64,000 bases of DNA. Origin: Chitinophagales bacterium. GTDB lineage: Bacteria > Bacteroidota > Bacteroidia > Chitinophagales > Chitinophagaceae. Under the pieces are notes generated by a model. That model ran no database searches. It was given only the letters and a program-made list of their open reading frames with translations, and was not told the origin of the DNA. The position numbers were made by a program, and so were the translations under genes. The stretch is taken from the NCBI GenBank assembly GCA_013298665.1, contig JAAFIK010000020.1, positions 9,635 to 73,634 of the forward strand, in the 5' to 3' direction. This document shows, piece after piece, positions 1-9,782 of this stretch; the first letter of the stretch is position 1, and each line of letters starts with the position of its first letter.

Positions 1-3000
1 TGTCTGCCCACGAATGTATTGGGCAAAGAATACTACTCCATCAATTTCGAGCAGGTGTCTAACGAAAATAATTCCAATTCTTACGTAACCATCATCGCTG
101 TAGAAGACAATACCAGCGTTGAAATCACCCCAACGGCCGACACCAAGGGTGGCTGGACAGCCGGATCAACGCATACCGTATCACTGAACAAGGGCGAAAT
201 TTACCAGGTATTGGCAACAACGAATGGTACCAGTGGGGGAGACCTTACCGGTACACACGTCCGCTCTATTGCCAGCGGCGTTTCCGCCTGTAAGCGCATT
301 GCCGTTTTCAGCGGGAGTGGCAAAATCCGTATTCCGCAAACCTGCGCCGGCAACAACAGTTCCGATAACCTCTTTCAGCAGTGCTACCCGGTAGCATCCT
401 GGGGTAAAAAATACATTACCGTACCCAGCTACAACCGCACATTCAACTATTTCCGGGTTTGTAAAGCCGACCCTACGGCCAATGTAACCATCAATGGCTT
501 GCCGGTTGCTGCAGGGTTGTTCACCAACAATTTTTATTACCAGTTTACCAGTACCACCACCAATGTTATCGAATCCGATAAGCCAATCAGTGTAGCCCAG
601 TATTTCACCACCCAGGGCTGCAACGGAAACGGAAGCCCGTACGATCCGGAAATGATCTTCCTCAACCCGGTAGAACAGAACATCAGCGATGTAACACTGG
701 TAAGTTCCAATCTTGTGGCCGGAAGCCCGCAACACCATATACACGTGGTGAGTAAAAACAACGGATCTGCCCTCACCAATTTTCTCTTTGATGGCAACCC
801 CGTACCCACAGGCAACTGGACGCCGGTAGCTGCCGATCCATCTTACTCCTATATTTATTTTAACAACGTGGCGCAGGGCTATCATACTCTTTCCTCTGAT
901 ACGGGCTTTAATGCTTTAGCTTATGGTTATGCGAATGCAGAATCCTATGGCTATTCTGCCGGAACAAACGTTAAGGATCTGTACAACTTTATTACGCCCA
1001 TCAACCCCTTTGCATTAACCAATGATGCGGTGGCGTGCACGGGTACTCCCTTTTATTTCTCGGTAACCTACCCCTTTCAACCCACTTCACTTACCTGGGA
1101 TTTTCATGGGTCGCAGACAAACGTAACCATTACTAACCCGGCTTCCATCAACGACAGTACCTATTTTATCGGTAGCCGGCAGGTATGGCGGTATAAGCTG
1201 CCGACGCTTTATACCTACAGCCCGGCCAACTTTAACCCTGGTTACCTGGTAACCATTGTAGCGGGAACCACCAATGCAGACGGTTGCGGCAGTACTTTTG
1301 AAAAAGATTTCTACCTCAAAGTGTATGATCCAACCCCGGCCAAAATTGGTTGGGTACACAACGGTTGCGTAACCGATTCTGTGCAGTTTAAAGACTCCTC
1401 TGATTATAAAGGACCCCTCTATGCCTATAAATGGTGGTGGAGTTTTGGCGATGGTACGTTCGACAGTGTTCGTAATCCTAAGCACAAATACCTGGCGCCG
1501 GGTACGTATACCGTTCGCTTCTCTATGCTCACGAATGCCGGTTGCTTCAGCGATACCACTTCAAGGCAGATCACCGTTACCCTTGTGCCGGATGCCAAAT
1601 TCGGGGTGTCTAACCCCATCTGCGAAGGCAAGCCCATGACCTTCAGCGACTCCTCTGTGGCGTATGGTGGCAGCACACTCCAGAACTGGTATTGGAATTA
1701 TGGTGATGCATCGTCGGCCACACTCACCAGCAACAGTAATCACAACCATACTTATACCACCTGGGGCAATAAAACTGTAACACTTAAAGTAGAGACCAAT
1801 AGCGGATGCCAGAGCGCTACTTTTACCAAAACTATAGCGGTAAACCCCAACCCGGTAGCCAATTTTAACCAACCGGCCGGGCTCTGTCTGCCGGCGGCAA
1901 ATGCACAGTTTACCAGTACCAGTACCATTGCCGATAACACACAGGCAGGCTTCAGCTATCTCTGGGATTTTGGCGATCCGGCATCAGGCGTAGTCAGCAA
2001 TGCAGCCACCATTGCCAATCCCCAGCACCTGTACTCAGGTACCGGCCCCTTCAGTATCAAGCTGGAGGTGACCAGTGCAGCAGGCTGTAAGCACGATACC
2101 ACCAAAATATTGAGTAATGTATTTGCACAGCCCAAGGCCAACTTTACGGTTAACCCCGAAAACTGCCTGAACGATCCCACTACCTTTACCGACAACAGCC
2201 TGACCAATACTCCCGGCAGCGTTATCACAGAATGGCATTGGGATTTTGGCGATGGTCAAACGGCAACCGGTCTGCAGAACCCGGTACATGTATATGCCGC
2301 CGCCAATACGTATACAGTTAAACTGTATATCCGCACGGATAAGGGCTGCTATAGTGATACCATCAGCAAAACGGTAGTGGTGAACCCGCTTCCTGCTGCC
2401 AACTTTAATACTGCCGGGCCTTTTTGCGCAACAAAAGACATAACCTTCTCTGATGTTTCTATCGCCAATGCCGGTAACATCACCCTTTGGAAATGGGATC
2501 TCGGTGATGGTACCCTGCTCAACCTGAACAATGGTAACCCATTTGTACATGCTTATGCAGGTGCCAATACTTACAATGCCACACTCCAGGTAGAAACCAA
2601 CAAAGGGTGTAAAAGCACCCTTGTGAGCAAGCCGGTGGTGATTAACCCATTACCCGTGCCCGGATTTACCCATACCCGCGTTTGTCTGCCCGATGGTATT
2701 TCCAACTTTACCAATGCCAGCACCATCGCCGATGGGTCGGGTGCCCTGATGACGTACAACTGGAACTTTGGTGATGCGGGCAGCGGGGCAAACAATTCCT
2801 CGACCTTAACCAATCCCAGCCACCAGTACAGCGCTACCGGTCCATATACCGCCACCCTTACGGTAACGAGCAACAATGGTTGTATCGTTACCACCAGTCA
2901 ATCCATTGCGGATATTTATGCACAAGCCAAGGCCAACTTTACCGTTAACCCGGAAAACTGTCTGAACGACGTAACCAGTTTTACCGATAACAGCAACGGG

Positions 3001-5553
3001 CTGGGCAATGTGATCACGGAATGGCATTGGGATTTCGGGGATGGCCAAACCTCCACCCTGCAAAACCCAACGCATACCTACGCCACCGCAAATACCTATA
3101 CCGTAAAGCTTTATATCAAGACAGATAAGAATTGCAATAGCGATACCATGAGTAAAACAGTCGTGATCAATCCGCTTCCGGCAGCCAGTTTTACCAACAG
3201 TACGCCGCTTTGCGCTACCAATACCATCACTTTTACCGATGCCTCTGCAGCCAATGCGGGTAACCTTACCATATGGAAATGGAATATGGGTGATGGTACA
3301 GTGCAGACATTTAATACGGCCAATCCGTTCACGCATACTTATGCTGCAACAGGCAACTACACCGTAACCCTTAGTGTAGAAACAAACAAGGGTTGTAAAA
3401 GCAGTTTGTTCAGTAAGAACATTACGGTAAGCCCGCTGCCTGTACCCGGGTTCATCTTGCCGGAAGTTTGCCTGAGCGATGCCTTTGCACAGTTTACCGA
3501 TACCAGTAAAATACCCGCCGGATCGATTACCAACTGGGCCTGGAATTTCGGCGATCCCGCCAGCGGCGCACTCAATACCTCCACCCTGCAAAACCCGCAG
3601 CACAAATACAATGCTGTAGGCAATTATACGGTAACGCTTACTGTAACCAGTAACAATGGTTGCGTGGTTACATTACCGCAATCTTTTGTTGTGAATGGAG
3701 ATATCCCGATTGCCAACTTTAATGCGCTCAACCCGGCCACCATGTGTGCCAACGATTCTATTGCCATCAAAGACGCCAGCACGGTTAACTTCGGCAGTAT
3801 TACCAAGGTGGAGATCTACTGGGATAACCTTGGTACGCCAACGGTATTTGAAACAGACGATACACCTGCCCCGGGTAAAACGTACAAACACAAATATCCC
3901 AATTTCCAGAGTCCGCTCACGAGGAACTTTACCATACGTTACCGCGCTTATTCCGGCGGTACCTGTGTAAACGACCGCATTAAAGTGATTACTGTAAATG
4001 CGGCTCCGGCAGTACAATTCAACGCAATGCCCAATACCTGTCTCGATGCAACGCCATTTACCATCACACAGGCTTCTGAAACGGGCGGTGTTCCCGGTAC
4101 GGGCGTATTCAGCGGACCAGGCATAAACGCAGCAGGGCTATTCAATGCTGCTACGGCAGGTGTGGGAACACATACCCTGCGTTATACCTTTACCTCAACT
4201 GCCGGAGGCTGTGTTGACTTTAAAGAACAAACCATCACCGTGCTGGCACCACCGGTAGCAGACTTCAGTTTTGCGGGTCCTGTTTGTGAAACCAGGGCCA
4301 TTACTTTTACGGATGCATCATCCACTCCCGCCGGAACAGGTACGTTAACGATCTGGAGCTGGAATTTCGGAGACGGTACCCCCCCCGTGGTCCGTAACAA
4401 CAACAGTCCATTCACCCATACTTTTGCCACCACAGGTACATTCACCGTTACCCTCAGGGTAACCACCAGCAATGGTTGTGTAAGTGTTGTAAAGAGCCTG
4501 AATGCAGAGGTGAAACCGCTCCCCGGCGTTGATTTCAACATGCCAAAAGTATGTCTCCCCGATGCAGCAGCCACATTCACCGATATTTCCACCATCGCTG
4601 ACGGCACACAGAATGCCTTTACGTATGCCTGGAACTTTGGTGATATTGGCAGTGGTGCAGCCAATACTTCTGTGGCTAAGAACCCTACCCATACGTATAC
4701 CAGCACGGGTCCGTTCAATGTAAGCCTGGTGGTTACCTCGGGAGCAGGTTGTGCCGCGCAGCGTACAAAGCCGTATGATGATATACACCCGCAGCCACTG
4801 GCTGACTTCACCATTACCGATCCTGACGGCGTTTGTATCGGCGATCCTATCACTTTTACAGATAACAGCGATGGTAAAGATGGCACACTCAATAAGTGGT
4901 ACTGGAACCTCGGCGACGGCAACACGCGCAGCACTCCGAATGTGACCAATTATACTTATACCACCGCCAAAACATATGCGGTAAAATTGTATGTCGAAAA
5001 CAGTCAGGGTTGTAAAAGTGATACAACGTCTAAACCTTTCACGGTACATCCTTACCCTGTAGTAGACGCTGGTCCGGATCGTTTTGTACTCGAAGGCGGC
5101 TCGGTAACCATACAACCTGTTGTAACGGGCAACGACCTGCAGTACCTCTGGTCGCCAGGTGCTTATTTAGATAACAACAGGAGTGCTGCACCCATTTGTA
5201 AACCATTGGATGACATCACGTATACCCTTACGGTAACCGCAAGGGGGGGCTGTTCAGCATCTGATCAGGTTTTTGTAAAACTGCTCAAAGCGCCGCAGAT
5301 ACCGAATACCTTCTCTCCGAATAATGATGGTATCAACGACAGATGGTCGATAGAGTACCTGAATACCTATCCGCAAAACCGGGTGCAGGTATTTACCCGG
5401 ACGGGGCAACTCGTATTCGAATCGCGTGGATACAACAAGGCATGGGATGGTACATTCAATGGTAAACCGTTGCCATTCGATACCTATTATTATATCATTG
5501 AACCAGGCAACGGGCGCAAACCCATGACCGGTTATGTAACGATTATCAAATAA
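1..5553 (+). CDS. Giant PKD-repeat cell-surface protein with T9SS type-B (gliding-motility-associated) C-terminal sorting domain; 5' end runs off the window
   Basis: Frame 1 is open from base 1 (listed ORF 19..5553 begins at an internal TTG). At least 12 PKD-like units each carry a W-x-(F/W/L)-G-D motif (WWSFGDGT, WDFGDPASG, WHWDFGDGQT, WKWDLGDGT, WNFGDAGSG, WYWNLGDGN). The last ~85 aa (IPNTFSPNNDGINDRW...YYYIIEPG...GYVTIIK) fit the type-B T9SS CTD pattern. Confidence 0.85.
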   Translation, partial: CLPTNVLGKEYYSINFEQVSNENNSNSYVTIIAVEDNTSVEITPTADTKGGWTAGSTHTVSLNKGEIYQVLATTNGTSGGDLTGTHVRSIASGVSACKRIAVFSGSGKIRIPQTCAGNNSSDNLFQQCYPVASWGKKYITVPSYNRTFNYFRVCKADPTANVTINGLPVAAGLFTNNFYYQFTSTTTNVIESDKPISVAQYFTTQGCNGNGSPYDPEMIFLNPVEQNISDVTLVSSNLVAGSPQHHIHVVSKNNGSALTNFLFDGNPVPTGNWTPVAADPSYSYIYFNNVAQGYHTLSSDTGFNALAYGYANAESYGYSAGTNVKDLYNFITPINPFALTNDAVACTGTPFYFSVTYPFQPTSLTWDFHGSQTNVTITNPASINDSTYFIGSRQVWRYKLPTLYTYSPANFNPGYLVTIVAGTTNADGCGSTFEKDFYLKVYDPTPAKIGWVHNGCVTDSVQFKDSSDYKGPLYAYKWWWSFGDGTFDSVRNPKHKYLAPGTYTVRFSMLTNAGCFSDTTSRQITVTLVPDAKFGVSNPICEGKPMTFSDSSVAYGGSTLQNWYWNYGDASSATLTSNSNHNHTYTTWGNKTVTLKVETNSGCQSATFTKTIAVNPNPVANFNQPAGLCLPAANAQFTSTSTIADNTQAGFSYLWDFGDPASGVVSNAATIANPQHLYSGTGPFSIKLEVTSAAGCKHDTTKILSNVFAQPKANFTVNPENCLNDPTTFTDNSLTNTPGSVITEWHWDFGDGQTATGLQNPVHVYAAANTYTVKLYIRTDKGCYSDTISKTVVVNPLPAANFNTAGPFCATKDITFSDVSIANAGNITLWKWDLGDGTLLNLNNGNPFVHAYAGANTYNATLQVETNKGCKSTLVSKPVVINPLPVPGFTHTRVCLPDGISNFTNASTIADGSGALMTYNWNFGDAGSGANNSSTLTNPSHQYSATGPYTATLTVTSNNGCIVTTSQSIADIYAQAKANFTVNPENCLNDVTSFTDNSNGLGNVITEWHWDFGDGQTSTLQNPTHTYATANTYTVKLYIKTDKNCNSDTMSKTVVINPLPAASFTNSTPLCATNTITFTDASAANAGNLTIWKWNMGDGTVQTFNTANPFTHTYAATGNYTVTLSVETNKGCKSSLFSKNITVSPLPVPGFILPEVCLSDAFAQFTDTSKIPAGSITNWAWNFGDPASGALNTSTLQNPQHKYNAVGNYTVTLTVTSNNGCVVTLPQSFVVNGDIPIANFNALNPATMCANDSIAIKDASTVNFGSITKVEIYWDNLGTPTVFETDDTPAPGKTYKHKYPNFQSPLTRNFTIRYRAYSGGTCVNDRIKVITVNAAPAVQFNAMPNTCLDATPFTITQASETGGVPGTGVFSGPGINAAGLFNAATAGVGTHTLRYTFTSTAGGCVDFKEQTITVLAPPVADFSFAGPVCETRAITFTDASSTPAGTGTLTIWSWNFGDGTPPVVRNNNSPFTHTFATTGTFTVTLRVTTSNGCVSVVKSLNAEVKPLPGVDFNMPKVCLPDAAATFTDISTIADGTQNAFTYAWNFGDIGSGAANTSVAKNPTHTYTSTGPFNVSLVVTSGAGCAAQRTKPYDDIHPQPLADFTITDPDGVCIGDPITFTDNSDGKDGTLNKWYWNLGDGNTRSTPNVTNYTYTTAKTYAVKLYVENSQGCKSDTTSKPFTVHPYPVVDAGPDRFVLEGGSVTIQPVVTGNDLQYLWSPGAYLDNNRSAAPICKPLDDITYTLTVTARGGCSASDQVFVKLLKAPQIPNTFSPNNDGINDRWSIEYLNTYPQNRVQVFTRTGQLVFESRGYNKAWDGTFNGKPLPFDTYYYIIEPGNGRKPMTGYVTIIK
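2125..2919 (+). repeat. Copy 1 of a 265-aa three-PKD super-repeat inside the surface protein
   Basis: AQPKANFTVNPENCLNDPTTFTDNS...ITEWHWDFGDGQT...NPLPAANFN...WKWDLGDGT...NPLPVPGF...WNFGDAGSG is collinear with the next 260 aa (AQAKANFTVNPENCLNDVTSFTDNS...). The repeat is in frame and diverged at the DNA level. Confidence 0.8.
2920..3696 (+). repeat. Copy 2 of the three-PKD super-repeat
   Basis: Collinear protein-level match to 2125..2919 with the same order of three PKD subtypes. Confidence 0.8.
5299..5550 (+). other. T9SS type-B C-terminal sorting domain (approximate bounds)
   Basis: IPNTFSPNNDGINDRWSIEYLNTYPQNRVQVFTRTGQLVFES...WDGTFNGKPLPFDTYYYIIEPGNGRKPMTGYVTIIK at the extreme C-terminus. 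Confidence 0.8.
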
Positions 5554-5557
5554 CATA

Positions 5558-5598
5558 AGCAGCAAAAGCAAGGGGGATACTGTCCAGTTTTTGCTGCT
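5558..5598 (+). terminator. Candidate stem-loop downstream of the surface-protein gene
   Basis: agcagcaaaa (5558-5567) pairs perfectly with ttttgctgct (5589-5598) and is followed by tgttttt. The loop is long (21 nt), so this would be weak as an intrinsic terminator. Confidence 0.4.
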
Positions 5599-5642
5599 TG
5601 TTTTTAACAATAAGGCTTATCATGAAGGCACCTTTAACAACA

Positions 5643-6683
5643 ATGAACATGAAGCGTTTTTTTGTTTTACTGTCAGCTACTACAACCATCAGTCTCTGCA
5701 GCCTGGGGCAGGCCAAGCCTTTTTATAACCAGTATATCCTCAACAACTATATCCTCAACCCCGCCGTAACGGGTATCGAGAATTATACGGATGTTAAGCT
5801 GAGTTACCGCAACCAGTGGGCGGGTATCAATGGTGCCCCCGTAACCACTTACCTGACAGCGCATGGCCCCATCGGCAAATCAGACTATCGTACTTCAGCC
5901 ACTTCCTTTGAAGTGCCCGGTGAAAACCCAAGGGGCAGGGGCTATTGGGAAGACTATACAGCACCCGCACCCCACAAGGGTATTGGCGGTATCATCATCA
6001 ATGATAAAGCGGGTTATATCAACCGCTGGTCTGTTTTCGGCACCTTTGCCTACCACCGGCCACTGGGTGTAAAAACAACGCTTTCTGCCGGCTTTATGGC
6101 AGGGGTAACCAGCGTCAACCTCGATCGTACAAAGATTGAGTGGGCCAACCTTGATCCCAACGACCCGGCCATCGGGTACAACAATGGGGAACTGAAGAAA
6201 GTAAAACCAGAAGTCGGTGCAGGGTTATGGCTGTACTCTGCCAACTATTTTTTGGGCGCCTCCGTGCAGAATATCATTCCGGGTAAAGCGAAATTTGTTA
6301 AAAATGATAAGTTCGGAACATATTTCACCCCCAACTTTTTTGTTACCGGCGGCTACCGGTTTTTCCTGAATGACGACATTTCTGTACTGCCCTCTTTTAT
6401 GATGCAGTACTGGCAGCCTGTTGCTGCAAGTATGCACGTTAATGCCAAAATGCAATACCTCGATAAGCTCTGGCTGGGCGGGGGATATCGTTTCTCTGAT
6501 CTTGTTGGTGGTTACTCTGCTATGGCGGGAGTTAATGTATCCAATACTTTTAACATCAGTTATGCTTATGAGAGTGCAACCACTTCAAGGTTACGCACAT
6601 TTACCAGGAATACGCATGAGATTGTACTGGGCTTTTTGCTGGGGAATAAATACGGCGATACCTGTCCGCGAAATGTATGGTAA
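5643..6683 (+). CDS. PorP/SprF-family type IX secretion system membrane protein
   Basis: ORF 5598..6683. The signal-peptide-like start MNMKRFFVLLSATTTISLCSLGQA favours ATG 5643 or 5649. The N-terminal FYNQYILNNYILNPAVTGIENYTDVKLSYRNQWAGINGAPVT block is typical of PorP/SprF. The gene lies immediately downstream of a type-B CTD cargo gene, which is the expected pairing. Confidence 0.8.
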   Translation: MNMKRFFVLLSATTTISLCSLGQAKPFYNQYILNNYILNPAVTGIENYTDVKLSYRNQWAGINGAPVTTYLTAHGPIGKSDYRTSATSFEVPGENPRGRGYWEDYTAPAPHKGIGGIIINDKAGYINRWSVFGTFAYHRPLGVKTTLSAGFMAGVTSVNLDRTKIEWANLDPNDPAIGYNNGELKKVKPEVGAGLWLYSANYFLGASVQNIIPGKAKFVKNDKFGTYFTPNFFVTGGYRFFLNDDISVLPSFMMQYWQPVAASMHVNAKMQYLDKLWLGGGYRFSDLVGGYSAMAGVNVSNTFNISYAYESATTSRLRTFTRNTHEIVLGFLLGNKYGDTCPRNVW

Positions 6684-6685
6684 AC

Positions 6686-6961
6686 CTACTGTTGTTTAAG
6701 TAATACCTTCAATTGTAAGGAGTCTGCCCGGAGCAGCATCGTATCTACCAATGCTTGTCTGGATTCTGCCAGTAACTGCGGAATCAATTGCCACTGTCCG
6801 TTCTTGTACCGGAGCAGGTAAACCCGTAATGCTTTTTTCCCGCTGCCCGCAATTTCTTCTTCTATGATTACTTCTTTGGCCGGTTCTGTTGCGGCAAATC
6901 CCGCTTTTTCAAAGACCGGAACCATGTCATTTATGCGCATACCGGCAATAGTACCGGCCAT
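6686..6961 (-). CDS. Small hypothetical ORF; possibly the frameshifted 3' portion of the upstream M56 sensor gene
   Basis: A 91-aa ORF overlaps the end of the M56 ORF by 31 nt. Its reading frame stays open upstream to 7021, so two frames are open together over about 90 nt. No recognisable motif. Confidence 0.3.
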   Translation of the reverse strand: MAGTIAGMRINDMVPVFEKAGFAATEPAKEVIIEEEIAGSGKKALRVYLLRYKNGQWQLIPQLLAESRQALVDTMLLRADSLQLKVLLKQQ

Positions 6962-8193
6962 GTCTTCTGATGTATGCGCAGGAGCAGTTGCCGGGCGACT
7001 GATCTTATCCTTTTCCCGATGTCAGCATGATCTGCTTCCATTGGTGTTGAAGCCGGGCGATTGGGTATCCGGGGTATGCTAAGTTCTGCTGTACGCATTT
7101 CCGGAGGAGGGGCGATGGTGGCAATAACCGTTTCCGTATTACCCGAAGCAAGCCATAGCGAAGCCGGATGATGTATCATCAATACATTGGCCCCGCTACC
7201 TGTACCCAGTTTGCCCACCGGAAATGCCGGACCTGAAATAAGGATCACGATAGCGGCAACAACTGTGGTGAGGAGGCCGGTCATAGCCATGTGCAATCGG
7301 TTTTGTGTAAACGGCAATGCGTTCCGGTGCGTAAAAAAACGGATCCTTTGCAACAATTGCTGCTTACCCGATACTGCGGCTGGTTGGAGACAGACCGGCC
7401 GTTGTTGTAAATGTGCAGCCAGCAACAGACTCTCGGCATACGCCAATGGAGAATAATTAAACTGGATTACAGTCGTGTCGCAATGTTTTTCCCGCTCCAG
7501 CCTGGCTTCATGGCAAAGACTGCGCACAAACGGGTTGAAAAAGAATATGATTTCCACCAGCGAAAGCAGCCAGTTATAGCAATAATCATTTACCCTGATA
7601 TGTGCCAGTTCATGCAGCAGCAGGGCTTCTGTTTGTGGTATGGTCAATTGGTTTACAAGGGCAACAGGCAGCAGAATAACGGGTTTGAGCCAGCCAAAGG
7701 TTATGGGAGTATCAATAGCCGTACTCAGCCATACATTCACCTTGCGACGGATGCCGAGGTGCGCCGCTTTCACATCAGTAAACAACCGTAAGTGAATAGC
7801 CGGTTTTACCAAACCGCGGGCTGAGCCTTTTTTAAACCTTACCCATTGTACACCAAGGTACAGCAAGCGCCCTGTAATCCAGCAGAGGTAAACCGTAAAG
7901 AGCCACGGTGCAAGGGGGTAGAGAAAGGCTTTTAGTTGGTGATGCTCAATATTGACCCAGCCCGTCCAGTTGGCTGGCGCCTCACCGGCAGTATAATAGA
8001 TGCTGCAGGTGGTAATGGTGATCAATAATTGTATAGCGACGATGGAGAGTAGTGCATTGCGGCGGAACAGGGGAGTGGTTTGCCGCATAAGACCCTGGCT
8101 GAGTGTTTTATACAACAGCAACAGCAAGCCGCTCTGCCATAAACTGTGCAGCAATGCCATTACCAAAGCGTATGCAACATCCATCATAAGCAA
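6931..8193 (-). CDS. M56-family (BlaR1/MecR1-like) membrane metalloprotease signal transducer
   Basis: Multiple N-terminal TM segments and the zinc motif HELAHIRVNDY. Sits directly downstream of, and 3 nt from, a BlaI-type repressor gene. Confidence 0.8.
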   Translation of the reverse strand: MLMMDVAYALVMALLHSLWQSGLLLLLYKTLSQGLMRQTTPLFRRNALLSIVAIQLLITITTCSIYYTAGEAPANWTGWVNIEHHQLKAFLYPLAPWLFTVYLCWITGRLLYLGVQWVRFKKGSARGLVKPAIHLRLFTDVKAAHLGIRRKVNVWLSTAIDTPITFGWLKPVILLPVALVNQLTIPQTEALLLHELAHIRVNDYCYNWLLSLVEIIFFFNPFVRSLCHEARLEREKHCDTTVIQFNYSPLAYAESLLLAAHLQQRPVCLQPAAVSGKQQLLQRIRFFTHRNALPFTQNRLHMAMTGLLTTVVAAIVILISGPAFPVGKLGTGSGANVLMIHHPASLWLASGNTETVIATIAPPPEMRTAELSIPRIPNRPASTPMEADHADIGKRIRSVARQLLLRIHQKTWPVLLPVCA

Positions 8194-8196
8194 CGG

Positions 8197-8604
8197 TTAC
8201 TGTTGGTTTTTGAGTTCGTCAAGAAGTGCCTGTATCTTCGACAGTTCGTCGGTTGTGGTTTTGTGGTTACCCAGCGCCTGCATAACCAGTTCGGCAGATG
8301 AACCGGCAAACAGACCGTCAATCATCCTGTTGAGGAACTGCGAGCGGGTGGAGCTACGGCTCACTGCCGGCTGGTAAATATGCGTTTTATGGCTGTCGTC
8401 GCGTGTTACCAATCCTTTCTCAAACATAATCTGCATCAGTTTAAGCGTAGTGGTATAACCCGAATCCTTTGTTTTAGACAGTTCCTCGTGTACCACCCTC
8501 ACTGTAGCCTCACCCTGTGTCCATAGCACCTGTAGTATCTCCAGCTCACTTTCGGTAGGCCGGTTTATCTTGTTTGTCGTCATGTTACGATTTGTTTCGT
8601 ACAC
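8197..8604 (-). CDS. BlaI/MecI/CopY-family transcriptional repressor
   Basis: 135 aa with a winged-helix N-terminus: SELEILQVLWTQGEATVRVVHEELSKTKDSGYTTTLKLMQIMFEKGLVTRD. Classic two-gene arrangement with the M56 sensor. Confidence 0.85.
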   Translation of the reverse strand: MYETNRNMTTNKINRPTESELEILQVLWTQGEATVRVVHEELSKTKDSGYTTTLKLMQIMFEKGLVTRDDSHKTHIYQPAVSRSSTRSQFLNRMIDGLFAGSSAELVMQALGNHKTTTDELSKIQALLDELKNQQ

Positions 8605-8728
8605 TAAATTACGACTTTGTTCGTAAAAACCAAAAAACTATTGTTGCACCCTGCACCGGCAGAGGTCCATCCTTGCCCGTCTTACCGTTTTTACATTCGG
8701 TTCCCCCCGCTGATACGGATACAAACGA

Positions 8729-8755
8729 AACAACCCCGCGGCGGGCGGGGTTGTT
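8729..8755 (-). terminator. Stem-loop downstream of the M57 protease gene
   Basis: aacaaccccgc (8729-8739) and gcggggttgtt (8745-8755) form an 11-bp perfect GC-rich stem with a 5-nt loop. On the minus strand it is followed by tcgtttgt. Confidence 0.6.
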
Positions 8756-8787
8756 CCAAAATATATTCACCACAAATCCGATGTTCA

Positions 8788-9591
8788 TTAATACAGGAAA
8801 TCCAGTGCTGTACGATCATTGGCATTGAACGGACGGTTGATACCATTACCGATACAAGCCAGCATCCATGAATTGGGATCAGGACCAGCAGGTGTACCGG
8901 GAATAAGGATGGCACCGATACCGGCTGACCCTTCGTTTACTGCGGAACCACCACAGCTATAGGAACGGTTTGCATAATCGGTATGACGGAAACCGATGCA
9001 ATGCCCCATTTCATGCGCCAGAACACTGGCCAGTGTATTGGCATTCCAGGTAGCATAGGTAGTATTGAAACGGATAGAATTAAAAGGATTGCCGCCTGAG
9101 GGGAAGCCCGCAGAAGCAATATAAGAAACACCTGATACATTGCTTACGGTGATGTTGGCCGCTGCAGTAGAGGCAACACGGCTGAAGCGTAAACGGTAAG
9201 TGGCAGGCAGCGCATTATAACGCGCAATGGCAGCGTCAACAGCAGCGCTGATTGATGCTGTAGTGCCGGTGTACCTTACCGTAAGTGTACGGGGTAAACC
9301 GGTTACGAGGTTGGTGGTGCGGTATTGTTCTTCATCGCCTACCCGCATCAGGCTTGTTTGTTCCGGCACTTTATTCAGGTCTTCATTGCTCAGGAAAATA
9401 TCTCCTTCCACAATAAAACCGCCATCGGCTTTATACGCAGTGGAAGCGGTAAACCCAAGCGCAGAAATCTTGCTGCGCTCAGCCTGTGTTACACCTTCCG
9501 TTTCATCGGCAGGGGTACTGTTTTTTTTACAAGCTGAGAACATGGTGGCAGCGACAGCGCCAAAAAGTAGAAAACGAAATGTCTTTTTCAT
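8788..9591 (-). CDS. M57-family (dual-action HEIGH-type) zinc metalloprotease lipoprotein
   Basis: Lipoprotein signal MKKTFRFLLFGAVAATMFSAC. Zincin motif LAHEMGHCIGFRHTDY (forward coordinates 9001-9015 encode HEMGH). Confidence 0.8.
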   Translation of the reverse strand: MKKTFRFLLFGAVAATMFSACKKNSTPADETEGVTQAERSKISALGFTASTAYKADGGFIVEGDIFLSNEDLNKVPEQTSLMRVGDEEQYRTTNLVTGLPRTLTVRYTGTTASISAAVDAAIARYNALPATYRLRFSRVASTAAANITVSNVSGVSYIASAGFPSGGNPFNSIRFNTTYATWNANTLASVLAHEMGHCIGFRHTDYANRSYSCGGSAVNEGSAGIGAILIPGTPAGPDPNSWMLACIGNGINRPFNANDRTALDFLY

Positions 9592-9782
9592 AATAAATTT
9601 TTTTCTTCGAATGATTAAGTGTTACTGATTGTCGGTTAAAAGATCTGCGGAAAATATATGTACGTAAAACTAATATATCCCTGCAGGCATTGCAAAAATA
9701 TAAATGCAACACCCGTACAAAAAAAGCTTTCCAGCCTGATTATCAGCAGGTAGCATATTTCTTTTTTGTGGAAAATACGGTA

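Noticed and set aside
181-5610. Antisense and alternative-frame ORFs within the PKD-repeat surface protein gene (for example 181..885, 2806..3603 and 4182..4949).
   Set aside because: They are embedded in an 1844-aa ORF with clear PKD and T9SS CTD motifs. Their low-complexity translations are typical of repeat shadows.
9693-9721. Bacteroidetes-style promoter candidate upstream of the first M57 gene: minus-strand TAtTTTTG -7 box at 9693-9700 and TTTG at 9718-9721.
   Set aside because: The spacer is about 17 nt, shorter than the usual ~19-21 nt. AT-rich intergenic DNA yields such matches by chance. The call is not supportable without transcription-start-site data.
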